From: Bugula neritina | Lineage: Eukaryota; Animalia; Bryozoa | DNA length: 64,000 nucleotides | Assembly: GCA_964035545.1 (NCBI GenBank) | Contig: OZ037768.1 | Coordinates: 24,399,319 to 24,463,318 of the forward strand | Reading direction: 5' to 3' | Shown here: positions 1 through 13,100 of the stretch, piece by piece | Position numbering within the stretch: the stretch's first letter is position 1 | Layout of the letters: the number at the start of each line of letters is the position of its first letter | Position numbers and translations under genes: made by a program | The notes under the pieces: model-generated | Told to the model about the DNA's origin: nothing | Database searches by the model: none | What the model saw: the letters and a program-made list of their open reading frames with translations, nothing else

Positions 1-178
1 ATGATACACTAAACTTACACTAGCACCACAACACATACTAAACACAACATGACACAACTGCCATATTTTAGGACATACACAGCTTGGCAGGTTGTTGAAC
101 TTATAGAAATATTTTGACTGTTTTCACTGTAAAATTTATTTGCTCTATACTAATGATAGATTTCTAAAAGCCTGGTTT

Positions 179-275
179 AGATATACTAGGTATACTATAG
201 ATATACTATAGATATACTATAGATATACTATAGATATACTATAAATATACTAGATAATACTAGATATACTAGATA
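179..275. repeat. Short minisatellite, ~11-bp unit AGATATACTAT, ~8 degenerate copies
   Basis: Tandem repeat visible directly in the sequence. Confidence 0.85.
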
Positions 276-2706
276 TTTGCTGAATTACCATTAAAAATCT
301 GTTGATGTTTTCTTGTCAATTTCAAATTTTGAGTAATAGTAATTAATTTATTGGGAAACCATGTGTTGTTTTGAAAGCAATAGGTAGAAAAAAGGTCAAT
401 AAAGGTCAAATGCAAATGTGTATTATATGCGAGTGGTTATAGGGGGTCATTAAATAGCTTGTTAGCTGCATAGGGAAAAATGATGGAATTTAACTGAAAT
501 ATGAGTTAAATATGCTCTTCTACTGTCAGGAATTGAGGACCTAGCTAGTGAATACTAGGAGCACTGTATTTGGTTATGTAGCATAGAACCAAGCTCTTTT
601 CAGCTGAAAGTAGCCTGGAGGGTGATGGAAGACCAGAAACAAACTGGATAATATAAGAGTAGACTAATATATAAGTAATTACCTGACAGGTGTAGGGATT
701 CGTAGATTGAGAACATGCCTGGAATATGATGGTTTGATGAGTCGGATTTTGTTGTGTGTCTGTCGGTCTTTCACCTTCACTTTTGGCTTGACCTTCACCT
801 TTGGCTTGACCTTCACCTTTAGCTGAAGTCAGAGTTCTTTCCTGCCCCTTATTTTGCTGCTGTAGTTTACATAGTAATAATAAACATTTAAGTGTATGAT
901 AGTTAATATGTTGGGCATGTAATTGATACATAAACATGGCCTATTTTCTGGTATTTTCAGACCAAAAGCTACAATTAGACAGGATTATTCTTAGCAAAAC
1001 TGATAATTAATATTAGCAAATAAAAAGTAAATTTACACATTAACTAATGTCAAAGTGCCAGCAATTTATGTATTTCTTCATATCCACAAGAAAGCTAGTG
1101 AAAAAGCTTGATTTATTTTATAAGTTGAATGCATATATTCGTAATTTGTTTCAAAGAGACGCGGGTACCTCCGGTCCATGAATAACTTGAAACTCAACTC
1201 ATATAAACTTATTAAAATATGCTCAAGCAGTCAGCAGCTTCAAAGCCTTTTACCCTGTCCTCTATTTGTTCTAAAAGATAAACTTGTAGCATGTACAGGG
1301 ATTTATTTAAACATTATTAGAGCAGTTATGTTGCTTGAGTTTTCATTTATATCAGCTGATTTAGATGGCAGCCACATTGACCTCTCTGTAGCAAGAAGTC
1401 TGGGCAGATTATACCAAATAGTAGAGTTTTTTATCTGCTGGCCATTAAGACCTTTGTGCTGTAATGACTACTGTCAGTAACAAGGGCTATGTCGTACCAT
1501 TTGGTTCTTAATTGCAAATCTAGCCGAGCACAGCATTAATCATTCCCAGACCGCAGTTGACATGCTCTAGAGGAGTGAACAGCTACTAGACCTGCTGGTT
1601 GTAGACCACAAGCTAATGGATGTTGGCATACTTCAAGGCAAAGGGGAATCCCCTACATGCATATAAATCAATGCTAACCATCAACATTCTTGATAGTGCA
1701 AACTTAGTGCTCAATTACCATAACATGCCCTACATGCATTTCAACTAACTTGGCAGTTCCACGAAAAGGTACATAATCTCAATTCTTATGTAACAACAAC
1801 ATTCAGTATTTTTAACTAATAGTGTGAAAGATTACATAAACTGACTGGTAGAAGTGGAGTCAAAGGGGAAATATCTTTCTTCAACTTTCTAGAAACTTAG
1901 TAACCAAGCAACCCTTCAACAGCTAAACTCACTAAAGTGAAATGCCAAATGGCCAAACCAAGTACCTGGATGCCCAGTGACTCATCTCTAATCAGCTGAT
2001 GCTGTCAGCTGTATAGTTCTAGTGCTGACCCTAATGTTCACACTCAGACTACAAAATGGTGCCAACTTTATTGAAGCTGTTCCAGTAACTCATCAAACTT
2101 TCTTCACTAGATATGTTATGTATTCTTATGTATATGGCTATATGCATATACTCAACATATAATATGTTATGTATATGCATTGTAATAAATTCGATGGCCC
2201 TTTATCGTTAGTTACTGTTGCATAGGCATTTAATTTTTCATTTTTTTATTGATTATCAGCTTTGCTAGAAAATCCCTGTCTATTTATATCTTTTGATCTA
2301 AAAATACCAAAAAACCTGCCATGCATGTTTAGCAATCAAACTTAAAAAGTTATAATAAAATAATATATTACAACATGTGGTCCACTATAAGTTGTATTAG
2401 GAATGTGTATATTATATTATTATGTTGGGTTTTTAGCTCAATGTGTTAGATCTTTTTATAATAATTTACTATAAAGTTATACATACATTTAACTGTCTAA
2501 ATTAATAGTGTTATGTATATATGATACAATATTGTACACACATATTATTGCAAACAGTGTATTCATTTAGATAGGATATTACTTGCAGCAAATTATACCA
2601 GATGTGTACAAGCCATGGCGACATGTACAGAAAATCTTGTATTAGTGTATAGCATGTAGTATGTGTGGAAACGGATGACTAGCTAGTCAGTATAGTAAAA
2701 ATATAT

Positions 2707-3350
2707 AGTATAGTAAGTATAACATAGTATAGTAAGTATAACATAGTATAGTATAGTATAACATAGTATAGTAAGTATAACATAGTATAGTAAGTATAAC
2801 ATAGTATAGTATAGTATAACATAGTATAGTAAGTATAACATAGTATAGTAAGTATAACATAGTATAGTAAGTATAACATAGTATAGTAGGTATAACATAG
2901 TATAGTAAGTATAACATAGTATAGTAAGTATAACATAGTATAGTAAGTATAACATAGTATAGTATAGTATAACATAGTATAGTAGGTATAACATAGTATA
3001 GTAAGTATAACATAGTATAGTAAGTATAACATAGTATAGTAAGTATAACATAGTATAGTAGGTATAACATAGTATAGTAAGTATAACATAGTATAGTAGG
3101 TATAACATAGTATAGTAAGTATAACATAGTATAGTAAGTATAACATAGTATAGTAGGTATAACATAGTATAGTAAGTATAACATAGTATAGTAAGTATAA
3201 CATAGTATAGTAAGTATAACATAGTATAGTATAGTATAACATAGTATAGTAGGTATAACATAGTATAGTAAGTATAACATAGTATAGTAAGTATAACATA
3301 GTATAGTAAGTATAACATAGTATAGTAAGTATAACATAGTATATAGTAAG
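2707..3350. repeat. Minisatellite, 19-bp unit ATAGTATAGTAAGTATAAC (20-bp variants), ~33 copies
   Basis: Tandem repeat; explains the three overlapping Y/L/T-rich ORFs at 2679-3378. Confidence 0.95.
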
Positions 3351-4255
3351 TTATTATTGTGTCAAGTAGCAAAAACATAAAGTGTCAAATGCTTTGCATG
3401 TGCTCAGCGTACATAATTAATGTACTCATGCATAGGCAACTGTGTAGAAATATAAAATGGCTGAATAATGCATATTTATCGAAGCAGCTTAGTGGTTCCG
3501 CTGATATAGATGGAGGGTCATACATTTTTTGTCAAGCTCTGCTGTATTAATAAGTGGGTAAAATAATTAATTCGTAAACACACTTGTTTGACTAAAATTA
3601 GTGTCAAAATGTTAGCATAGCTCAACTGTCATGACTAAAACAGTAAGTCAATTATTTTATAAACAAATTTCATGTCCTTAAAGCTCTGTTATAGCTGCAA
3701 ACAGCTAAATTAAAGGAAATGAGAGCAAATATTGGGTCAATCATAACATACAAATATTCCCAAGTACCTGTTGGTTAGAAATCAGATACTGAGTTACAAC
3801 GTCTGGGGTGGGACTACAGTCTAGGAAAGCCTTGGCTCCTGTAAAATAGTTTAACAGTTGAGACTCTTAATACACCAATACAGCTGTGTTGTTGTGAATA
3901 TTAATTCCTTACAATTGTTGGTGCTATAAACCAATCATCTTCACAAGACATTTTACTTGTACTCTAATGCACTGAAACTATTAGGCTATCATTCATTTCA
4001 CTTATTCTAACATTTAAATCTCACAATTCAACGCATGAAGAAAGAAAATGGTGGTTCTAAAGCGTAATAAACGGTGAGTTACATGGTACACACTGATACA
4101 TTAGCAAGTCATCATAACTGGCATATTTTGCTGGTTATTAACTGTTAGGTTAATTGGGGCTATTTTAAATGACCCTTGACCAAAACAACATTTGTTGCTC
4201 ACTCTGTATATGATTGTAAAAAGAGATATTGTAAATTGAAATGTATTAACTTTTG

Positions 4256-5107
4256 TCAGCTGGTACGGTTTAAATTAATTCCAACACACTGCACAACACT
4301 CCACGTACTTTTAGACTTGTAAAAGTTGTAATCATAAACTGAGAATTCCCTTGGGTCTTCTAATTGCCAATATTTGTTGTAAGTTGATGTAGCATCACTG
4401 TAAGTTAGTGTAGCATCACTGTAAGTTGGTGCAGCATCATTGTAAGTTGGTATATTACTGTAAGTGGGTGTAGTATCACTGTAAGTTGGTATAGTATCAC
4501 TATAAGTTGGTATATTACTGTAAGTTGGTGTAGTATCACTATAAGTTAGTGTAGTATCACTATAAGATGATGTAGTATCACTGTAAGTTGGTGTAGTATC
4601 ACTATAAGTTGGTGTAGTATTACTATAAGTTAGTATATCACTGTAAGTGGGTGTAGTATCACTATAAGTTGGTGTAGTATTACTGTAAGTTGGTGTAGTA
4701 CTTTTGTAAGTTGGTGTATCACTGTAAGTTGGTGTAGTGTCACTATAAGTTGGTGTAGTATTACTGTAAGTTGGTGTAGTACTTTTGTAAGTTGGTGTAT
4801 CACTGTAAGTTGGTGTAGTGTCAATGTAAATAGTTCTAGTCTTCTCATTTCGGTGAATTCTTAAATCAAGAGCTTGTAAATTGTCTTCCCATTCTGATTG
4901 ATGTTCTCGAGCTAGAAAACTGGGTTGGCAGCCATTATCTACTTCTACAGAAAAGTTTTGGTCTTCATATAGAAATATTGAAACCAAGGTGACACTGCTT
5001 GCTAAGAGTAGTTTAAATATATTCATATTAGATATACCTTGAAAATACTTGACCTTGACTGATAAATCTAATGGTAAATCGTATCCATACCATTGCTGAC
5101 TCATCAT
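4256..5107 (-). CDS. Putative orphan protein with PLDLS / ALDLR (CtBP-binding-like) motifs and 22 YSDTTPT-type repeats
   Basis: 283-codon ATG-started ORF with unique sequence on both sides of the repeat. Repeat units are 21 or 18 nt, so frame is preserved. A possible in-frame GT-AG intron lies at ~4945-5037. CCAAT cluster immediately upstream. No homology recognised. Confidence 0.4.
   Translation of the reverse strand: MMSQQWYGYDLPLDLSVKVKYFQGISNMNIFKLLLASSVTLVSIFLYEDQNFSVEVDNGCQPSFLAREHQSEWEDNLQALDLRIHRNEKTRTIYIDTTPTYSDTPTYKSTTPTYSNTTPTYSDTTPTYSDTPTYKSTTPTYSNTTPTYSDTTPTYSDILTYSNTTPTYSDTTPTYSDTTSSYSDTTLTYSDTTPTYSNIPTYSDTIPTYSDTTPTYSNIPTYNDAAPTYSDATLTYSDATSTYNKYWQLEDPREFSVYDYNFYKSKSTWSVVQCVGINLNRTS
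4378..4822. repeat. 21/18-bp tandem repeat (GTAAGTTGGTGTAGTATCACT), 22 copies
   Basis: Seen directly; lies inside ORF 4256-5107. Confidence 0.9.
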
Positions 5108-5237
5108 ACCTGCTCTAGAAGGCTGACTTCACTGATAGTGCACATGCCCAGTCACTGCTCGTATGGTCTGATGTACTAAGGCGTGTGAAAGTTAGCGATC
5201 ATTTAGTAGGCGTGTCCTCAGCGTGTCCTGCCATTGC

Positions 5238-5381
5238 ATTGGCCAATTGGCAATGTACAACTCCACCAATCAGAGGCGAACCAACTCAACTACCTCACCC
5301 GACTTCTAAATTATTTCAAGCCTTCTAATTGGTCAGAGTCAGTCTATTAGATTGTCAGCCGAGTTGAGTCGGCCATATTGG
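5238..5381. promoter_or_regulatory. Cluster of CCAAT/ATTGG boxes, candidate promoter of the 4256-5107 gene
   Basis: ATTGG/CCAAT at 5238, 5243, 5246, 5266, 5328 and 5377 in a locally GC-richer patch 130-270 bp upstream of the ATG. Could instead be a transposon remnant. Confidence 0.3.
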
Positions 5382-7005
5382 AAATCAGTCAACGAAATAG
5401 ACTTCACAATATTCAATGAAGTGACGAACTATCAGCCTGTATAATTTTTCCATAATAATCAAATTTAATCTGAACTACATTTAAATGACTTTTATGAAAA
5501 GTTGAGTTTAAAATAGTTTTTGCCCTTAATCATTATCTTGGATCTAATTTATAGATTTATAAAATTGAGCGGCGCCTGAAGGCTTCACCATTGGTAGACA
5601 ATCTATAGAGAATAATTACTGAATATTACTTCATATGCCTTACCGAATATATACTCTGTCTCTGTGTAAATACAAGAAGTGTAAAATTAGGGTCACAACA
5701 CAGTTATTGCTTTTTCTTGCTTTGAAATCAAAATTGTCATGAATTCAAATTAGTTATTTTATTGCATGTGCAATACAAAGCCATAACTGTTCAATAAATT
5801 GAATGAAAAGCTTTTAGTAAAACTTTGAAAGCTGTTTTTGCATGCTCCTTATATTCTACAAATAGTTTAGATAATATTGACAAAATAAAGCTGCACTTTC
5901 ATGCCATTATTAATTTTTTCCAGCATACAAGTTTTATACTGGTATAAGAGTGGTTTGAGTGCCTGTTTTGGTAAGGGTGGGGTTCTAGAGCCATGGTAAT
6001 ATTTATGTAAAACAATCTATAAACCCAGACTATAACCACATCTCACCACAACTTGAAGTAAGGGGAATCCCCTTTATCCTTGCTTCCCCATTTTTAATGT
6101 CAAAACATAATTAATTCCCTTTTCTGCTAATACAGATCTTAACAGTTGGCCAGCTACACTTTCCAGTGAATGTATTTATAGCTGTTTTTTTCCATGACCC
6201 ACACCTGACATTTCTGTCACAATCAAATGACATTAAAAGAAATAACAATTGCTACCGATCAATATGGGTGCTGTATGATGTCACATGTGAAAGACTTCCT
6301 GTTTTAGAAAATGGTCAATTCTCAGATTGAATATCTGGAGAATGGTTAAAAGCACACCAGAACCAAGATGGAGGCAGAAACAAGGTACCTAGTCTTTGCT
6401 CTGCTATCATGTGAGCTATATAATTATGAAGCTTATATAGAGTACAGTTAGAGATCAAGGTTAGCTTTGATACTATGATCTAAGTATGAGAAACACTCCA
6501 TTACAGTTGCAGGTAATTGGAAGAACATGAAAGTGCTAAACTTGTGACAAACCTGTAGACTTTTAGTCCAGGGAAACGTTGCTGTATCAACTTAATGCTC
6601 AAAGTGATTTCATTAGCTTGTTTCTGTCAGCTTAAAGAATGCAGATAGATAACTTGTACACATTTATAATTCTACTTTAGCTGATCTTCATCTTTGCACT
6701 TGTCTGCTAAAACTCTGCACAAAGTAGTTTATACTGTTCAATGTTTCCACTTTGACTTTCATTTAAATGTCCAATTAAACTCTATCAATTTATCTTAGGG
6801 CATATACACTTAGATTTTCATGAGCTGGGGTCAAATTGACCAACAAAGAGTAATGTGTGGTGATAAATATAGCTAGTATAAGGAAATGTCATGTGATGCA
6901 GTGCTATTTCTAGTGCTTATAATACATATTATGCCATAAATAACGTCAGTTGTCTAAATGGCAGAATTGTTTACTTCGCCTGAGCATTGTCTTATCCAAC
7001 ACTTT

Positions 7006-7360
7006 CACTAACCCTCCTACCCATCTCTAGCCCCTCCCACCTACCACTAACCTTCCCACTCATCTCTAGCCCCTCCCACCTGCCACTAACCCTCCTACCC
7101 ATCTCTAGGCCCTCCCACCTGCCACTAACCCCTCCTACCCAAATCTAGTCCCTCCCACATGCCACTAACCTCTCCCACCTATCACTAATCTTTCTACCCA
7201 TCTCTAGCCCCTCCTACTTACCACTAACCCCTCCCACCTAATGCTAACCCCTCCTACTTACCACTAACCCCTCTCACCTACCACTAACCCCTCCTACCTG
7301 TCTCCAACCTCTCTCACCTATCTGTAACTCCTCCCACTTATCTCTAACTTCTCCCACCTG
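7006..7360. repeat. Degenerate C-rich ~20-bp tandem repeat (CCACTAACCCCTCCTACCT-like)
   Basis: Seen directly; the minus strand is rich in G-runs. Confidence 0.8.
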
Positions 7361-7795
7361 TCCTTGCCAGTACTATGTAAACTTTGTGTGATTGAGGATG
7401 TTTATACTGGTTTTTTATATCCTAAATTTATAAAAATATTGTAACTGTCACAATATTATTAAGATTAGACAATTTTAACTCTATATATAGTTAGTTACTT
7501 GTTAAAACTCACAATGACCACATATGGCAGAGACTACTTATATGGTAAAGATTATATTGTGTAATAAATACCATGATAAATATTTGAAACGTTTGGAATT
7601 TATTGCTATTCTTAATATTTTACAGGTAAATTATTCACATGTTATGTTTATAAAAAGGACTACACATGAAACACAAGTTATTAAAAGACTATAATATATT
7701 AGATAAGGCCATAAATTTCGTTGCTTTTCAATATTTTTAATTCAAGAAGCTGACTATGTAAAAGCAAGAACGCTGTTTATGAAACATGACTATTG

Positions 7796-8331
7796 TTAGA
7801 TCCTTCCCTTTACTATATATTTCTCTATTGCTCTAAATATTATGAAGTAGCCAAACCAAGTACCATAAGATTGCACCAGCTGCCACAGTCTCCTAGCCAG
7901 GGCCATCCTTCTTCGTTTCAGATTGTAGTTCGTCTCTTGCTCCAGACGGATTGTATCTGCTTGGATTCGTCTCCTCAAGTACATCGTCTTTTCTACAAAA
8001 TTGTCGATCTTTTGCAGGTCTCTCTCATACACCTGCCTTTGGTCAGCCAATGTCACTCGTTCTACGCCCTAAATAATCACATGAAACAACGAGGTAATAT
8101 ACTGGGTTGAAGTAGATGTGCACAGCTCTGCATGGGGTGTAACTACAGCAATGGGACAGTGTCTGACAGAGTGAAACAGAGTGAGACAGAATATGACAGA
8201 GTATGACAGAGTGTGACAGAGTGAGACAGAGTGAGACAGAGTATAACATAGTGTGACAGACTGTGACAGAGTGTGACACAATGAAGCGCAATGATAACTA
8301 TTAATTATTTAATTTTGAAACTCACCGCCAT
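7796..8331 (-). CDS. Small two-exon orphan protein (92 aa), charged helical region plus hydrophobic C-terminal segment
   Basis: ATG GCG|GTGAGT (8331-8326) joins in phase 0 to a TTTAG| acceptor at 8068, giving MAGVERVTLADQRQVYERDLQKIDNF...GTWFGYFIIFRAIEKYIVKGRI*. Locally GC-richer than flanks. Confidence 0.55.
8155..8280. repeat. 10-bp tandem repeat GACAGAGTGW in the intron of the small orphan gene
   Basis: Seen directly; explains ORFs 8043-8291 and 8069-8281. Confidence 0.85.
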
Positions 8332-8953
8332 ACTCACAAGTTCTTCAGAGAATATCGTTAAAAAGCTTTTCTACAGATGAAGTTGCAACTCTCTTCTTTT
8401 TGATCTAGTATATACTCCTCCGTCTAAGCTGTGTACCAGACTTGCTATAAGCTTTATACTCTTTGTAAATCTTGAATGTTTTCATGTTAACACAAATAAA
8501 AGCTTCAAAGCTTTGAAATTAAAACTTGGCTTTCATCTTTTTAAAGTTGTAGAAAAGTGGATACCGAAATTAACCCATAGAATGTGCATAATTGTAGTAT
8601 GGCCACAGACTATGTTATATATTAATATTATTATATTTTTACACTATAAATTATGGGGAAATATACCAAAGCATGTAAAACATGTATCAGAGTATCATAT
8701 ATTTTGTTGCATTGCATTTCTTTTAAAATTGTATATGGAATGTTGCAAACATGTTTCAGCACATCTATTTTGTTGCAGTCTGTTTATTTCCTGTTTGCAA
8801 TAAACTCCTAGCGGTAGCTAGTGCTTGTCTCCAACGTTGATAATTAGTTTGCACCAGTTTATAGTGTTGCTGTGTAACACACAATGTCTACAAAATTATG
8901 AACATTATTTGAAAATTAAAATTAACTGCTTTGTGTAGAACTGTTTAACTGTA

Positions 8954-9402
8954 AAGTTGCGTTTATACCTCTGCTGGAAAAAGTACCAAGTTTAAGTTAA
9001 TAATGCTTGTCCGGGTACCCCTTTATAGTCAAACTTAAAATCGTTGAAATCATATTGATGCGGAAGCTCACTTTCTGAAATTGAAATTTGACTCGCATAA
9101 TAGCTATTTGATGCCCTTTGTAAATGTCGTGAATTAGTGAAGCAGAAAGCATAAAAGCGATAATTGAGAAAGCGTAGGCTATATAATTATATCCGTATAA
9201 GTACGTTGTCTAATCGCCAAAGTAATAACTAAATAACGAAGTTTACAAGGAGTTATTACTCCTATTCTAAAATTGGCCGATTAAGTTATCACAGTACAAA
9301 AATTTCAACGGGTGGATTTTACAATGCAATGCAACTCGGAGAAATTTCAACCCGGCCAAATTGAAATTTTGACCGAAAATCGTGAAGGTATAAACGCAAC
9401 TT
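8954..9402. mobile_element. MITE-like non-autonomous DNA transposon, 17-bp perfect terminal inverted repeats
   Basis: AAGTTGCGTTTATACCT (8954-8970) is the reverse complement of AGGTATAAACGCAACTT (9386-9402). CpG-richer non-coding interior. TSD not clean (TAA vs TAT/TTA). Confidence 0.6.
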
Positions 9403-10117
9403 ATGTCTGGCGTACAGAATCTGAATATGTAATTTTAAAAGATATTAAATCAAGAGTATAGAACAGCCATGCTGAGTCTGTGGTCCACAATGTATTAATT
9501 ACTTTACCGCTTGCAGAAGTGAGTTTATTATAAATTTCAATGTTTATCTGATATTTTAGTTAAACGCTTTTTCAAGTGCAATTATAGTATTAAATTAACA
9601 GGTAGCACAAACCTACAATGTACAAATATGCAGAGCAACACAAAAATATATTAAATAGAAAATATTGTCAAGCGTTACAATTTTTAATAAGGATAAAAAT
9701 GTTTTAATACTTTCATACTTTAACAAAAATTACAGTTTAACAAAAATAAAAATAACTCATTTTTTATACTGTTTGACTCTTCATTGATGCAAATGGTGTT
9801 CAAAGGTCAAGTCTATTTTTGTTGCCATGGTGATAATAAACTCTGTACAAAGCAATTTATTGATCTGTTGACCCTATTTCCAACTTTCCTATTCTTAAAA
9901 ATTAATGTTTCATCTGGTAGATGCATGTCCAAACATGTCCTCTCACTCTTATTGTTACTTGGAAATTACATCATCATTCTAACAGTAGGCAGCTGTTAAT
10001 ATAGTCTTGGCTAGCTGCCAGTATTGCCTCATTTTGTCTAAAACCATCCAAAGGTCAAAACTATTCAAGTTCAACTATTTGTACATCTTCACTGACAGCT
10101 AGCTGTGCTTCTTGTCC

Positions 10118-13100
10118 TCATGCAGTTTTCTCTTTCTTCCTGTACTTAACAATCCTCAGCACTCCCTTACTGACAATTCTACCATCAGCCTCTGTATTGT
10201 TAGAACAGTATCAACACAGTTCTCTATTACGTAATAGATTGCTGCAGAAGGTAAAGATTTGGAAAGCAAACACTCTTTTATGATGCATACTTTGAAAATT
10301 TGCTTTATTCGTTCTTTTCGAAAGAGTTCAGAGATAGTTGCACAGAGATAAGAGAGAGGACGCGTGTTTGAATTACAACCATGTCGTAATCATTTTTTAA
10401 ATCAAACAGACTACTGAAACTTCTGACTCGTATGCTTTAATTTAGGCTTTAAACGTTTGCTCATAATTTCAATTTAGAAAGTTTCAAATATAAGCCAATG
10501 TTAGAAAATACATCTCAATTAACTTATAGACATCTGAATGTGCTATTACAGAAGTAACAGGACTTGAAAATTATTTTTTGAGAATTGAAAATTTAAAGCT
10601 GTTTTAGAATTAGTGGGTGTTGCCAATCTCATTGACCAGATTTGTAGTTTTGCTTAATTATGTTTAAAACTTAGCCTAGAGCCACACGGTGCGTATTTTC
10701 GCATGCGAAAATTGAAACCACAAGTAGCAAAGGCGTCCACTGTAGCGTCAGTGATGCGTGATAAATAAAGCTTTCATTTTTAAATCGCACTCGCTTTCAA
10801 TAAAACGCAATTTACTGGAATTTAGCACTAAAATAAAGAAATTGGGCTCGCTTAATAACTACCAGCCAATTAGGTGACGACGACAGAGACGATTCGCACT
10901 TGCGTTGAAAATGTAGAGCGACAAGTGCGAATGTTTTCGCAACGCGCACAGTGGACACCTTTGCTACTTGTGATTTCAATTTTCGCATGCGAAAATACGC
11001 ACAGTGTGGCCCTAGGCTTAATGAAATGTTTTTTAAAAACCAGCAAATGGAATAGTTGAAAGTTCCATGCACACCTTTGGAGTAGAGCTTTTGAAACTCA
11101 AGCAGTCGAGTTTTGCTAAAAGTTCTCTCAATATTGATGACAGTTCTGGCCCACTCCTGAATCCAGTCCTGGTGTGACTGCTCCATGGAACGTTCAAATG
11201 TCGTTGTCATCATAGCGATCGCCATGTTGAGCAGCAGTATTGGCAGCAAGAACATGAGTAGTATGAATAGTATCATAGTGAAGAAAGGAAACTTTGTTAA
11301 CTTGAATTCATCGTACTAAAAGTTATATATAAGATTTCATATTGATTGGTTGCATAGGTTGGTGTAAGGGCCAGCATGGCTCTCTTCTACTACAGCATGT
11401 TCTGTGCACAGAAAGCCAACAACTAAGTAGTAAGATGATGTGGTTCATAGACCACCAAGTAAATATTCTGTAGTCTAGTGCTTTTATAAGTTTTTACCTT
11501 TGTTTGTTTGCCTTTGATTTTGTGCATGTAGTGTAAGATGTTGGCTATTGTATTACTGAAGATTGCTTTACTCTACCTAATGGCTGCGGAACTGTACAGA
11601 ACTATGGAGAAACAACCTTTTACTTGTACTATTATAAAGATACTAGTAATCTATTATATTTCACACAGAGGTAGAGAATAAACAAACAAAAGTCATGAGT
11701 ATACACTGAAAGTCCTCTACAGTGCTGAGTTATAGTGGCATAGTGTGCTATAGTTATAGCCTATAGGTCACACTACAGTTCAAAGTGTGCTGTCGTTGCC
11801 CTAACTACATCATATCCTCTTTTTGGCTGCTCGCACTATAAGCAGCAAACAAACGTCAACTGATTTAAATGGTTGCGAAAAGTAGTGTAATACTAACTCA
11901 CTTCAAATTCACCATACATCAAATGGAAGATATCCATATATGAACCAAACCAGTGGTCAAAGGTGTCCACCTCTTTGCTGGCAGGGATTGGCTTGTACAT
12001 CAGATGGAAAGCTGCAAACAGATGTGGCCATAATATAAGGGCTACTACTGTTACAGTATGTATGTGGGACAGTAAGCAAAATATGTCACCAAATAACTTG
12101 TCATATACTAGGCAATGTAATAAGTACAGTTGCTAATTGCTAGTTGCCAGCTTCTAGTTGCCGGTTGCTGATTGCCAGTTGCTAGTTACCAGCTGCCAGT
12201 TGATTTAATAGAAATAGGTGTTACACCATAACTGTCCATAGTTGTTATTAATTTTAAAATAACATTCAACGGCTGACCAACCGTCATTATAGTATGTAAA
12301 ATGTACCTTATATATTCATTGATATTACTACACACACATCTAATTCACTAGCTCTAAGGTTTGGTCCTTTCAAGATAATAATGTTCTAAGAATCTGCATA
12401 CTTTTGTTAAAGAGGTTTACTTGAATGGCTGAAAGTGACTCACCGAAGGCAAACCCTCCACATCCAATCAGAATTATTATTAGAAATGGGAGCACATCTT
12501 TCTTTATGGCTAAGATAAGAAATTTTGCCAGTGGTCCCAGCTTTTTTATTCCGCTGCAATTAACACATCACCAGTGCAATGAGTCATTAAGTATAAGACT
12601 ATAAAAGAACTTGCATACGAACTATTGACTGGAAAGACTCACCTTAAGAAATACAAGATCATGGTCCAGCAGACAGGGACTGTGAGAAGGAGAATACTTT
12701 CCTCAATGGCCTGCAGACGGTTCAACGGCTCTGGTTGGGAGAAGTAAGCCATACTGACCAGTCGTATTGGTAGAATGAAAAGTTGAAGGATACAAGATAG
12801 CAGATAGAGAGTTTTAAACGGAGATCTGCCCTGGAGATGGAGCATACACTGAATATAGCTTATAGCTTAACATATAGTACATGTAAATAATTATAGTATA
12901 CAGGGCATGCAGTACATTAGTGAATGTAGTACATAGGATTATATTAGTGCAAGTAGTACATATAGTGCCATGTTTGAAAACTGCGTAAAAAGCGCTATGT
13001 TCAACTTTGTAATGGCAAAGCTAAGCTTTGTTCGCCTCAAAGTTTCTTCTTATAATTTCTAGCAAATACCGACATATTTAATGCATATAAGCACAATTCC

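Noticed and set aside
545-937. 130-aa ORF with a GEGQAK repeat
   Set aside because: A possible exon (~684-860, minus) but it could not be linked to a gene or family.
2679-3378. Three overlapping 200+ aa ORFs
   Set aside because: Translations of a 19-bp minisatellite, open in all minus frames, with frame-shifting unit variants.
4256-5107. RPB1 (POLR2A) C-terminal exon
   Set aside because: Heptads lack Pro3 and Ser5, and no polymerase exons lie upstream on that strand.
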